A stretch of DNA of 39,635 nt, taken from IMG/VR virus record IMGVR_UViG_2799112921_000001, positions 1 through 39,635 of that record; one strand, written 5' to 3'. Shown piece by piece: positions 20,646-30,072 of the stretch. This DNA comes from a virus. A model generated the notes under the pieces. It was not told where the DNA came from, did no database searches, and worked only from the letters and a program-made list of their open reading frames with translations. The position numbers and the translations under genes were made by a program. Every line of letters starts with the position of its first letter. Positions within the stretch are counted from its first letter, which is position 1.

Positions 20646-20717
20646 TAGTCCTATCAGGAGTCGAACCTGAGTCAGCGGGACCAAAACCCACCATGATTGC
20701 CATTACACCATAGGACT
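20646..20717 (-). tRNA. tRNA-Gln(UUG), 72 nt, archaeal type, CCA not encoded
   Basis: Acceptor AGTCCTA/TAGGACT+A (A1:U72); D-stem GTGT/TCAT; anticodon stem GTGGG/CCCGC with loop TT-TTG-GT; T-arm TCAGG-TTCGACT-CCTGA. Confidence 0.95.
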
Positions 20718-20739
20718 AAAAAAAAATGAGTAAAAAAAT

Positions 20740-20833
20740 GGGAGGTACCCGGACTTGCACCAGCGGACTTATCTAAGCTACTTATCTAGCATCATTTTCA
20801 CTTAGTTGTTTTACTCGTTAAACTACACCCTCC
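20740..20833 (-). ncRNA. Aberrant tRNA-like element (possible intron-containing or degenerate tRNA)
   Basis: GGAGG(G)TG/TACCTCC acceptor with bulge; D-arm GTTT-AACGAGTA-AAAC; stem CTAAG/CTTAG closing a 23-nt loop; T-arm CTGG-TGCAAGT-CCGG. Confidence 0.55.
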
Positions 20834-20844
20834 ACAAAGAATAA

Positions 20845-21162
20845 TTAAGCTCTAACAGATACATTTCCAAATTCATCAAAAGAATAACCAGTAAACCTAC
20901 CAGAATCAAGCTTCTCACTAAAAGAAACATGCTCCAAATTACAATCCGGAGCAATCAATACAGTACAATTATTCCCAGCAAATATATAACATTCAAAAAG
21001 GTCATAATCAACAAAACCTTTATTGTAGTTATTGAACCTTAATACCACTCCTTTTTTTCTAAATGAAGTATATTCACCAGGTATTTTAAGGTCTAAAACT
21101 TCAGGTTTTAAGTCAAGTTGTAAGTTAAATTGATTTAATAAATCACCTACAGTTTGAGTCAT
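20845..21162 (-). CDS. Hypothetical protein (candidate immunity protein 3)
   Basis: 105-aa ORF with ATGA overlap to the upstream gene; last of three small genes after MuF. Confidence 0.75.
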   Translation of the reverse strand: MTQTVGDLLNQFNLQLDLKPEVLDLKIPGEYTSFRKKGVVLRFNNYNKGFVDYDLFECYIFAGNNCTVLIAPDCNLEHVSFSEKLDSGRFTGYSFDEFGNVSVRA

Positions 21163-21476
21163 TGTTCCACCTCTTTAAAAATAGGTAACCCTGTTTCGTC
21201 CAATAATGCTTTAGCTAACTCATATTGCCACTTATGAAAATCATTACTGCCGTCATCCATCATTGCTTGATGACCAAAACCTCTACCATGAATTTGATTT
21301 ATAACTCTACAAACCTCTTTAGACATACCCCAAAAAGACATGTGGAGCTCACTATATACCTGACCCAGCATTACCGGAGGCAATTCATTGTAGTTAATTA
21401 ATGCTTGAGTTAATGGACTATCCATCTTATTTTGAGTTTTAATATACTCCTCATTCAAAATGTATCTCATTTGCAT
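21159..21476 (-). CDS. Hypothetical protein (candidate immunity protein 2)
   Basis: 105-aa ORF with GGAG SD, downstream of MuF. Confidence 0.75.
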   Translation of the reverse strand: MQMRYILNEEYIKTQNKMDSPLTQALINYNELPPVMLGQVYSELHMSFWGMSKEVCRVINQIHGRGFGHQAMMDDGSNDFHKWQYELAKALLDETGLPIFKEVEQ

Positions 21477-21488
21477 TATCTCCTTGTT

Positions 21489-21737
21489 TTAGTATATCAT
21501 GTCTAAGACCCTGACTGCTTGATGTTTTAACCCATCATCCGTAAATTGGTTACTATGATATTTAGGATTATCATAATCATAACATGCATTAGCATATTCG
21601 CCTTCAATCATACCTTCTTCTTCTTTTAAAAATTTTTTTATGTCTTCTAATTCTTGATCTGATTCCGCACGTTCCATGAATAATTCACAAACACGTTTTT
21701 TAAACTCATCATAAGTCATAGGATATTCTTTTGTCAT
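21489..21737 (-). CDS. Small acidic protein (candidate immunity protein 1)
   Basis: 82 aa; ATG one base after the MuF stop (TAA-G-ATG). Confidence 0.75.
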   Translation of the reverse strand: MTKEYPMTYDEFKKRVCELFMERAESDQELEDIKKFLKEEEGMIEGEYANACYDYDNPKYHSNQFTDDGLKHQAVRVLDMIY

Positions 21738-21738
21738 C

Positions 21739-24700
21739 TTATTTCAACTCCAAGTCTTTTTTTATACTTTTATCTCTAATGCCATACGCATCCTCATACG
21801 GGTCATCAGTAGTAATTGGATCCACTTTTTTATAAAAGTCCTCTTTTTTAGCATTGTGGACTTCTTCACCAGTGTACTTAAAGAAAATAACATTTTCAGG
21901 ATTATCTCTTTCTTTTATCCATCCGGGTGGAGCATACTCTTCATTGAATTCAATGTGACTTACAGGTTCGAATCCACATCTACGGTAGACTCCATAGTTA
22001 CCATCAAAACTATCAAATCTGTCTCCACCGTTTTTTGTTGCGAATTCAAGTAAAGCTCTAGTACTATCTATAGATTTACCATTTTCTTTATATGCACATA
22101 CACTTATAATGTCCCCATCTTCCCTAATAGCTATTGTACTACCATGTTCTGTGACAAACATTCTGCAATCATCATAATTTGAAATGCTTTCAGGCAACTC
22201 AACTCTCCAAGCATATTTTGGATCTACTGAATCTTCGGCTCTGATTAAATAACCTAAAAATTCTGATGGGTCATCAACTTCCCTTACATTAATAGATTTG
22301 GTTCCATCTTTAGTAATATATTTAGTAAAACTACTATTTATTGGTTTTGTTTCATAATCAGGGATTATTCTCAATTTAGCATAATGTTTAGCTTCATCAA
22401 ATTTAATAATCTCCATTTTAGTATCTTTAGCTAAAAGAAACTCCATTTCTTGAGCAAACTTTGGATTCGTATCAAACATATGGGAAACATATGCTCCACG
22501 TGTTCCTTCTGGAGCCTCAATTTCATACATCCATTCAAAGTCACGATGACTTACTTCTGCAAAGTGTTCAGCTCCTTCACGAGTTACAGCAGTACTATTA
22601 TTTCCTTTAAATATAACAGTTTTACCTTTTGCAGGTTTTCCTCCTTCTAGTGGGAATAAATGATGTCTTTCTTCAGTACGCCAAAGAGTCATGTTTTGTT
22701 TAAGTTGGTTATTTTCAAGAATATTTTCTAATATTGGATAATCATGTTTAATACTTAGTCCAATTTCTCTGATTTCTTGTTTTGCCTTTGTTATATCTCC
22801 ATTTTTAAGATGACCTTCGACAAAATAATAATAATCATGTAATCTTTCTTTATCTAAATTAAGGACATAATCTGTGAATTTATCCAAATCGCCATCACAT
22901 TTACCAATTACATCTCTGAAATGAGCATAATCATTGCTTAACCATCTATTTAATACTTCTTTTTCTCTAGGAGTACATTTAGAAACATCAATTGTGAAAT
23001 ACTCTTCAATATCCCTATTGCCCGGCAGCACTCCGTTTTCTGTAGTGCCTTTTAATTTTATTAACTTAGTTTTATTTGTAATAGGTTCTGGTTTAATATT
23101 AAGTACATACTCTGGTAATGAATTATCTAATAAATCTGCATGAAGATTTAATTTGTATTTTAATTTAGCAAAAAGTTCTTTAAATTTAGTTTCATCACCA
23201 TAATTTAATCCCCCATCCTGTATTTTAAGTGAGTATAGCATGTTAAATTCTTGTTTAGATTGAAGGAATTCCATTCTTGATGTTTGAGTTGAAGTTAAAC
23301 TATCAGGATTAATTAATTTTTTCTTTTCTAAAGTCCATAACTCATTATTTTCTTTAGTAGTTAATTTAAAATCATTTAATAGTTCATTTTCTTTAATAAA
23401 TCTTTGTGAATATTTAAAACCTTCAGTTGAAAATTTAAGTTTTGGAGATATTTCCGGTAAATCCCATTCTTTAGCATATTTTTGATATAGCTTTATATAA
23501 TTTTTGGAATCAATTTCATCCAAACCCTCTGTAATCAATTTACTATGGAATCTATTTAAATCAACTTTTTCTTTTAACTCAAGATAATATTTTCTTTCAT
23601 TTTCTGGTAATGTGAATAGATTCTCTTTTAATTGTTTATAATTTTTCTTTTCTTCTGAAGTTAATTTGAATGCATCCTTATTTTCAAATAATCCCTTTTT
23701 GTTAATTTCAATAGGTTTTATTTCAATTTCTGTTTTTGGAACCCAATTTTTAAATTTCTTAAATAGTTTCTCATACCTGACTCCTTCTGCTCCAGATATA
23801 GCAAAGTAGTCTGTAGGGTCTCCACCTTCAAGCAATATTTTATTCCACATTTCATTGAATTCTTTTCTATCTGCTAAATCTTGATATACAATTTTATCTT
23901 TGAATTTTAATGAGTCTTTTTTAGGTTCTAGTTTAGCTAATGTTTTTTCTTCAGTTTCAGTTAATGCATACTTATTATAACCGTTGACTTTTTTAGCACG
24001 CACTATACTTTGTTCTTGTTTTATGAAGTCATTTAAATGCTTCCTACTATTTTTCACACGGATTTGAGTTTCAGACCTCCAATTAGGATTTATTTTTTCA
24101 GGATGATCTAACAAATCACTAATCACACTAAATCTGTTAGGATTGTTCTCTTTATTCTCTGCTAAAGTAGGCTCATATATTCTTCTTTTAAACCCACTAA
24201 TCCTTGTTTCATCTTTAATTTTAAATCTCTCTCCACAAACAATATGATTTTTACCTCTTCTAAGATTAGCTTCCTGAGACACCAATTCAGCAAACTCTTC
24301 CGCATCATTCGTTGTAGCATAATCTGAAATAGAATGGGCTTTAATTCCTTTTTTATTATGCAAATCAATGTCTAGTTTTGTAGCTTTGTTAATTTTTGGT
24401 TTTAATTTGCTTGCTACATTAACTGCATTTGAAAATTCATTATCTAATAAAAATGTATCTTCAAAGACATGTCCTAACTCATGATCAAGAACACTTTCAA
24501 AGGCATCATATTTGTTTTTAGTTAACCCTAAATCATATATATTTACAGTGTGGCCTGATGCATCTCCAGAATGCCCCTGCTTATTCCATCTTTTAAAGTT
24601 AATGTCATCAACACCAACTTTTAAATTGGGATGGGTTTCATCATATATTCGTAAAACTTCTTTTAAATCATATTCTCCTTTACCACTATTCGTAAAATCG

Positions 24701-25851
24701 ATAGCTCTACATTTATGGTCGCCTTCCCTAAAGAATCTTAAGTAAACATCGTTCTTTTTATCATAGAATTCAAATGTTTTACCATCAATACTTTCATAGT
24801 ATCTGCCTTTTGGGATGTATTCATATCCAAAGAAGTCAGCTATTTCTTCATTTGTTTTTAAATTAGCGAATCTTGTTTCATCAAATACATGTTCTTGTAA
24901 AGATTCCATTACTCCTGGTTTATCATAATAACCTAATGGTATTAAATCTGACTCTCGGAAATGAGACATTCCTACAGGCACCATCATACCTGGTGGACAG
25001 AACCATGGAATATTACCACACCTGCAATTAATCCATTCACTTATGGGACCATTTGTGTCTCCAGGATAACGCAAACCATTACTATAAACTCCACCGAATG
25101 GTATTATTTCACCATCTAAAGCCGAATGAGTATCACGTGTACGATTATCATGAGCAGATGCCCATTGAGTATATTCTACACCCATTTCTTCATAGGATTG
25201 CATTATTCCTTGCATGTGGCTGCCGTGTATTTCTGTTCTTGCTATTCGTCTTGCTTCCCATGTTTCTAATTGGCTGAATCTTTTTTCTATATTGGATGCT
25301 ACGTCGTTTATACCCCATCCGTCAGTGTAACCATCAGTTATGATTTTGTTAATGTCTTTGTCTACACGTGCTAAGGTGTTTTCACTTGCAACAAAGGTCT
25401 TGTCTCGCATATGCTCTGCACTATAATCACTGGTGGCGAATAATTTATCTTTCTGTATAATACTACTCATTGGTATTGTACTATCTGCTTTAACAGCACC
25501 GAAATAATTTTTACTATAAGCTTTAGCATATTGTTTAGCTCTTTTAACTAATCTACGTCCTTGCACTTGTCCTTTACGGTGTTCACGTAGCTTGTATTTC
25601 ATGATTGTATCATAGTATTTTTTATGATATTCATGTATAGGAGCTAATATTAAATCCATATGAGCATTCACCATTATGTCTGGACTGTAATACTCTTTTA
25701 GATTTTTTAATATTCCTTTTCGCATTCTATGGAATACTTTAGCGACTTGATTTTCTAGTTCGTCTTCATACATGTATTGTATAATGTTTTCCATCCTGGC
25801 AGCGAATAGATTATTATTAATGTGTTTAATTTGTTTCTGTAAAGTCGTCAT
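21739..25851 (-). CDS. MuF (SPP1 gp7-like) head protein fused to a zincin metallopeptidase, 3 helical repeats, an ADP-ribosyltransferase and a GNAT-like domain
   Basis: EARRIARTE...W...D.RTR.TH..LDG...YPGD...INCRC (MuF); HELGH at 24469-24483 plus SDYATTNDAEEFAE; ART R1058/S1086/E1135-x-E1137; C-terminal FDSFDG.YGVYRRCGF. Follows the portal gene. Confidence 0.85.
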   Translation of the reverse strand: MTTLQKQIKHINNNLFAARMENIIQYMYEDELENQVAKVFHRMRKGILKNLKEYYSPDIMVNAHMDLILAPIHEYHKKYYDTIMKYKLREHRKGQVQGRRLVKRAKQYAKAYSKNYFGAVKADSTIPMSSIIQKDKLFATSDYSAEHMRDKTFVASENTLARVDKDINKIITDGYTDGWGINDVASNIEKRFSQLETWEARRIARTEIHGSHMQGIMQSYEEMGVEYTQWASAHDNRTRDTHSALDGEIIPFGGVYSNGLRYPGDTNGPISEWINCRCGNIPWFCPPGMMVPVGMSHFRESDLIPLGYYDKPGVMESLQEHVFDETRFANLKTNEEIADFFGYEYIPKGRYYESIDGKTFEFYDKKNDVYLRFFREGDHKCRAIDFTNSGKGEYDLKEVLRIYDETHPNLKVGVDDINFKRWNKQGHSGDASGHTVNIYDLGLTKNKYDAFESVLDHELGHVFEDTFLLDNEFSNAVNVASKLKPKINKATKLDIDLHNKKGIKAHSISDYATTNDAEEFAELVSQEANLRRGKNHIVCGERFKIKDETRISGFKRRIYEPTLAENKENNPNRFSVISDLLDHPEKINPNWRSETQIRVKNSRKHLNDFIKQEQSIVRAKKVNGYNKYALTETEEKTLAKLEPKKDSLKFKDKIVYQDLADRKEFNEMWNKILLEGGDPTDYFAISGAEGVRYEKLFKKFKNWVPKTEIEIKPIEINKKGLFENKDAFKLTSEEKKNYKQLKENLFTLPENERKYYLELKEKVDLNRFHSKLITEGLDEIDSKNYIKLYQKYAKEWDLPEISPKLKFSTEGFKYSQRFIKENELLNDFKLTTKENNELWTLEKKKLINPDSLTSTQTSRMEFLQSKQEFNMLYSLKIQDGGLNYGDETKFKELFAKLKYKLNLHADLLDNSLPEYVLNIKPEPITNKTKLIKLKGTTENGVLPGNRDIEEYFTIDVSKCTPREKEVLNRWLSNDYAHFRDVIGKCDGDLDKFTDYVLNLDKERLHDYYYFVEGHLKNGDITKAKQEIREIGLSIKHDYPILENILENNQLKQNMTLWRTEERHHLFPLEGGKPAKGKTVIFKGNNSTAVTREGAEHFAEVSHRDFEWMYEIEAPEGTRGAYVSHMFDTNPKFAQEMEFLLAKDTKMEIIKFDEAKHYAKLRIIPDYETKPINSSFTKYITKDGTKSINVREVDDPSEFLGYLIRAEDSVDPKYAWRVELPESISNYDDCRMFVTEHGSTIAIREDGDIISVCAYKENGKSIDSTRALLEFATKNGGDRFDSFDGNYGVYRRCGFEPVSHIEFNEEYAPPGWIKERDNPENVIFFKYTGEEVHNAKKEDFYKKVDPITTDDPYEDAYGIRDKSIKKDLELK

Positions 25852-27451
25852 CTTCAGTTCCTAAATCATCATCAACCATATCATCGTCTTCATTCCAGAG
25901 ATTACCCTCTAAAGCTTTTAAAATACTCTTTTCTTCAAGGTAACTATTCTGTTCTGCTTGATTAAACACTTGCTCCAATGGTGTTCCATTCAAGAACCTA
26001 GCGTCCAAGTAAGGGTCATTTTCATTTTCTATGGTTAAACCAAATTCATCACCAAAATTATTCACTAAATCACGAATGGTCATAGCCGCTCTTTCAAATA
26101 AAAATCCTGCTAACTCTTGTCTGACTTTAACATCTTTTGGATCCAAATCATTAATAGTGAATTCCCAAGATGTTATTTCAAAATCGTCTTTTAATAATCT
26201 GTTAATTAAGTCCTCACCATCCGTTTTAACTGGTGCAACAGTACCATTCTTATAGTTTTTCTGAGTATACTCACCGTTAGTACCATTTAATTTTCCAGCT
26301 TCAGCTATTCCCAATCGTGCAGGGTCTACTTTATGCGCATGTATAATTTCATCTCTAATATCTTGCTTGTACATTCTGAAGTGGCCTTCCTCAGTATGTA
26401 CAGATAATGGGGTTATTTTAACTTCAACATGCCCTTCATCGGATTCTGTTGGAATAGTAATACATAAAGCACTGTGTGGATGTTTAATAATTTCTTTAAG
26501 CTGTTGACTAATTTTCCATCTTAAAGTTTGTTTTTCATCATATTTCGGATTAGGAATTAATCTACCATCATCATCTTCAATAAAAGGATCCTCATCATAA
26601 TCTATGAAATCACCAGTGACTGTAACTGCGAACTTAGGCATTCCGTTATTTTGGAAAAAACTAATATTATATTTTGTAGCAGATAAATCACCCTGAATAG
26701 ACAGCATACTACCTATAATTACTGGTCGACCATAATACTGATTACCCGGAGCATATTCCATTGTCCATAATAGTTCATTTGCCCTTTCTTTTTCAGGTAA
26801 TGTATTGTAGGGATAGAATTCACCAGTGTCTGCATGAACATCTACTAGACTTCCATCATCATCATAATTTTTACCATAAATGACATACCAGACTTTTTTT
26901 CCATTATCATCCGTGTATAATACTCTTTTACCATCAGCATCACGTGTTAATGTTTGTGCTGGAATATGTTTCACTCGATTTATAATGGAATCGCTAGTAT
27001 CCTCACGTATAATTTCTAATGCTCCATACCCAATGCTTCTACGGTCATAAAACATACGGTATAAATGTTTATTAATGGAAGGCTTACAATTGTTCAAGAA
27101 TTCAGTTGCAATTTTCTTTTCATGCTCAACTTCTGCTACTCCTTCAATAGGGTTTAATGTCCATTTTAAACCAGCTGCATCAGTAGCTACAGCATCAACA
27201 CAGGCTTCATGATAACTATTTAAATCCAATAATTTAACCAGATTATATGGATTATAAGGTGGATCCAATAAGTGAATACCTCTTTTCACCCATTCCGGAG
27301 GCGTTTGTTTACTGCCTGTAGATGGATCAACATCTGCTTTTACTGCATATTTCTCCAACTCTAATTCATTGATAAATTTATATTCACCTTTAAAATCTTC
27401 TGTTACAATAAATGTTTCACTTTTTTTAGCTTTTTTACTCATTAAAATCAC
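25826..27451 (-). CDS. Portal protein
   Basis: 541 aa after TerL; YYGRP.I, FFQNNGMP, IIHAHKVDPARLGI motifs of PBSX-type portals. Confidence 0.9.
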   Translation of the reverse strand: MILMSKKAKKSETFIVTEDFKGEYKFINELELEKYAVKADVDPSTGSKQTPPEWVKRGIHLLDPPYNPYNLVKLLDLNSYHEACVDAVATDAAGLKWTLNPIEGVAEVEHEKKIATEFLNNCKPSINKHLYRMFYDRRSIGYGALEIIREDTSDSIINRVKHIPAQTLTRDADGKRVLYTDDNGKKVWYVIYGKNYDDDGSLVDVHADTGEFYPYNTLPEKERANELLWTMEYAPGNQYYGRPVIIGSMLSIQGDLSATKYNISFFQNNGMPKFAVTVTGDFIDYDEDPFIEDDDGRLIPNPKYDEKQTLRWKISQQLKEIIKHPHSALCITIPTESDEGHVEVKITPLSVHTEEGHFRMYKQDIRDEIIHAHKVDPARLGIAEAGKLNGTNGEYTQKNYKNGTVAPVKTDGEDLINRLLKDDFEITSWEFTINDLDPKDVKVRQELAGFLFERAAMTIRDLVNNFGDEFGLTIENENDPYLDARFLNGTPLEQVFNQAEQNSYLEEKSILKALEGNLWNEDDDMVDDDLGTEDDDFTETN

Positions 27452-27458
27452 CTTTTTT

Positions 27459-29024
27459 TTATGCGTTAACTTTAGATTTAGGTTTACGCCAGAACCTCGC
27501 AGAACCTGTGCATGAATCAGCTATATCATCTTTTTTTCCTTCCTGACCAGTGAATGCTACAAGATGGTCTATGACTTTTATATTCCAGTCACCTTTTATC
27601 CAGTATATGCAACCGGCTTCGGCTAATGCTTCTAAGTCAAAACTACGTACATTCTTTTTATAGCGTACCTTGTCACCTCTGATGTTATATCCTTTAAATT
27701 TACGATTGTGACGGAATTTATTAATTAAAAGTTTACTTGATGCTCCGGGTTCCTGTTCTACACGGATTTTTACTGTTTTTCCATCTCTTTTTGCTGTTCT
27801 TTCAAAAGTTCTGAGTACTTGATTAGCTGTTAAGTTTCCTGTTACTAGGTTTAACATGTATAAGAATTCACCATCCCATCCAGTTAGCATTCCTGCTGTT
27901 GCATCTCCTTTTTTACCTGATGCACCAAAATCCCAGTACCTGAGTTTTGGTAAATCTGAAGGTATTTCTTCAGGTGTTAATTGATTATAAATAGTGTTCG
28001 TGGTTTCATCCATGAACCAATGACGTTTAAAGATATTTCCTTCACGTTCAACAGGCATGCCTTGATAAATAGCATTAAAGAGGTAGCTGCCCATTGCTCT
28101 TTTTTCAGCAGTTAACCAATCATAATCCCTTTGCTCTTCCCATAATACTTCATTTAGTTTTCTTCCCAGGATGTCTTTTTCAGGTTCAACACAGATAGCA
28201 GGAATATTTAAATCAACCCATGTATCATTAGGTATGCTGCCGCCATTACGTAGTATTTCGTAAGCAGTTATCGCATCAATAGTAGGTTCAGTAGTTTTAA
28301 TAATACCGTGCAAATCGTTTAAATGTAATCTTTGAGCAATAACTATAATAATTGGTGGTTTTTTATTAGTTCTACGTTCCAACCTAGATTTAACTACACC
28401 CTGGAACCAGTCTTGGAGTTTTTGCTGTTTGACTTCAGACTCTGCATCAGCAACATTTTTGATTGGATCATCAACTATGAATAGTCCAGCACCAAAACCC
28501 ATTATGGATCCTGCTGCACCTACTGCTAACATTTGTCCACGGTAACCATCCAGGTTAAATTTGTTTTTAGCTCTACTGTCATTGGATAATTTAACATTAT
28601 ACTTAGAGAGATAGCCATAGTGGTTTATTATGTCTTTTACTTGTCCACCAAACTCTGAAGCCAATCCCTGTGAATATGCTGATAATATTACTTTATCGTT
28701 AGGGTAATGTGCTAGAAAATAAGAAGCTAGATTCCGACTGATTAATGTTGATTTTCCATGACGACTAGGAACACTTAATAAAATACGTGAGACTTTACCC
28801 TGCAAAGCCTTTTCCAATAGTTCAATAATGACTAAATCAAAGTCACGTGGAGCCCATAAACCATTATTTACAAAAATACTCCACTCACCTAAGCTTAAAG
28901 GGCCACTATATTGAGTTGGAGTTGATGGATATAGATTTTTATTTTGATTGTATGGATTTTGACTTATCTCAGGGATTAACCCACTATTGTAAGGATTCTG
29001 ACTTAAAACCGCTGCATCAGACAT
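27459..29024 (-). CDS. terL: Terminase large subunit
   Basis: Walker A VPSRHGKS, Walker B FIVDDP, RNase H-like YWDFG and DDIADS. Confidence 0.95.
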   Translation of the reverse strand: MSDAAVLSQNPYNSGLIPEISQNPYNQNKNLYPSTPTQYSGPLSLGEWSIFVNNGLWAPRDFDLVIIELLEKALQGKVSRILLSVPSRHGKSTLISRNLASYFLAHYPNDKVILSAYSQGLASEFGGQVKDIINHYGYLSKYNVKLSNDSRAKNKFNLDGYRGQMLAVGAAGSIMGFGAGLFIVDDPIKNVADAESEVKQQKLQDWFQGVVKSRLERRTNKKPPIIIVIAQRLHLNDLHGIIKTTEPTIDAITAYEILRNGGSIPNDTWVDLNIPAICVEPEKDILGRKLNEVLWEEQRDYDWLTAEKRAMGSYLFNAIYQGMPVEREGNIFKRHWFMDETTNTIYNQLTPEEIPSDLPKLRYWDFGASGKKGDATAGMLTGWDGEFLYMLNLVTGNLTANQVLRTFERTAKRDGKTVKIRVEQEPGASSKLLINKFRHNRKFKGYNIRGDKVRYKKNVRSFDLEALAEAGCIYWIKGDWNIKVIDHLVAFTGQEGKKDDIADSCTGSARFWRKPKSKVNA

Positions 29025-29027
29025 AAT

Positions 29028-29657
29028 TTAGTCATCCCCTCTCTTATTTACTAGGCTCCAAAGCATTTCTCTTCTAGATTCTAGGAAGTCATCAGTTTCC
29101 CATACTGGATTATCATCAACAGGCACTAATTCCTGAGCTGTTTCAGCTTCATTAAGATAACCCACACGATCGTATAATCTCTGAGTAACAAGATTTTTTG
29201 TTTCTTGATTTTTATTAATTCTGTAAGTATTATCAATACCTTGCATTTTTTCTTGATTGATTAGCTTCTCATGCTTTTCATCAAAAGAATCAATTTGCTT
29301 TAAATCAGTTATTGTGTCTTTATCTACTCTTCTTTCAATACGTTCACGTGCAGTATCACGTGTAGCTTGTAATTTATCTGTTTTAAAAATGGGATATTGA
29401 GCTTCCCATTCGTATTTATCATACCATTTTGTCTTAACAGTATTATATTCAGGAGTTTTTAAAGAACCATCATTATTTTTAAATTCCCATTCAATACCTC
29501 TCGAATTTACGATTTCTGAAAAATGGTTACAAAAATAGTATAAGCTTATTTCATCGTATATATCATCAAAATGCACTTCAAACCATAATAATTTTACTGC
29601 ATGAGGAAAAGGTTTTTCATTGACTCCTTTTTTGCGTAAACGTTTATGGTAAGGCAT
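29028..29657 (-). CDS. Putative terminase small subunit
   Basis: 209 aa directly upstream of terL; helical/coiled central region. Assignment by synteny only. Confidence 0.55.
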   Translation of the reverse strand: MPYHKRLRKKGVNEKPFPHAVKLLWFEVHFDDIYDEISLYYFCNHFSEIVNSRGIEWEFKNNDGSLKTPEYNTVKTKWYDKYEWEAQYPIFKTDKLQATRDTARERIERRVDKDTITDLKQIDSFDEKHEKLINQEKMQGIDNTYRINKNQETKNLVTQRLYDRVGYLNEAETAQELVPVDDNPVWETDDFLESRREMLWSLVNKRGDD

Positions 29658-29715
29658 ATAAATTCCGCCATGTGAAAATTTTGAAAAAAAAAATAATTAA
29701 TTTTATTTTTTTTCT

Positions 29716-30072
29716 TTAATTTTGATCTTCTATTTCTTTTAGATGCTGTAGTACTAATTTTTCTGCTATTTCTTCTGCTCTTTCATCTATTGCTTTGTCG
29801 ATGAGTTCTAGTTCTTCTTTTTTCTTTTTTTCTGCCCATTTGTCTATGATTGTTACGATTATTATTGCTGTTATGACACTTATTATGCCTATTTGTAGTT
29901 CTACGTTGCTGATGCCTTTGCTTGTCATTCGGTTGCTTAGTCCTGTTATGATTAATCCTATACCACTGCTTATTAGTGTGGTGGTGGTGACTGTTTTTGC
30001 AAAGTTTTTGATCCATACTGTTTTTCGGTAGGGTATTGTTTCTGTTAGTTTAGATGTCATTGTCCCCACCAT
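29716..30072 (-). CDS. Two-TM membrane protein (holin-like candidate)
   Basis: Hydrophobic LISSGIGLIITGL and IGIISVITAIIIVTII segments, then a highly charged C-terminus. Confidence 0.6.
   Translation of the reverse strand: MVGTMTSKLTETIPYRKTVWIKNFAKTVTTTTLISSGIGLIITGLSNRMTSKGISNVELQIGIISVITAIIIVTIIDKWAEKKKKEELELIDKAIDERAEEIAEKLVLQHLKEIEDQN

Noticed and set aside
20646-20717. tRNA-Gln as the integration (att) site
   Set aside because: It lies mid-provirus between intact head genes, and I saw no duplicated 3' fragment elsewhere.
25826-29024. Inteins or introns in terminase or portal
   Set aside because: Lengths are ordinary and I saw no Hint or LAGLIDADG motifs.
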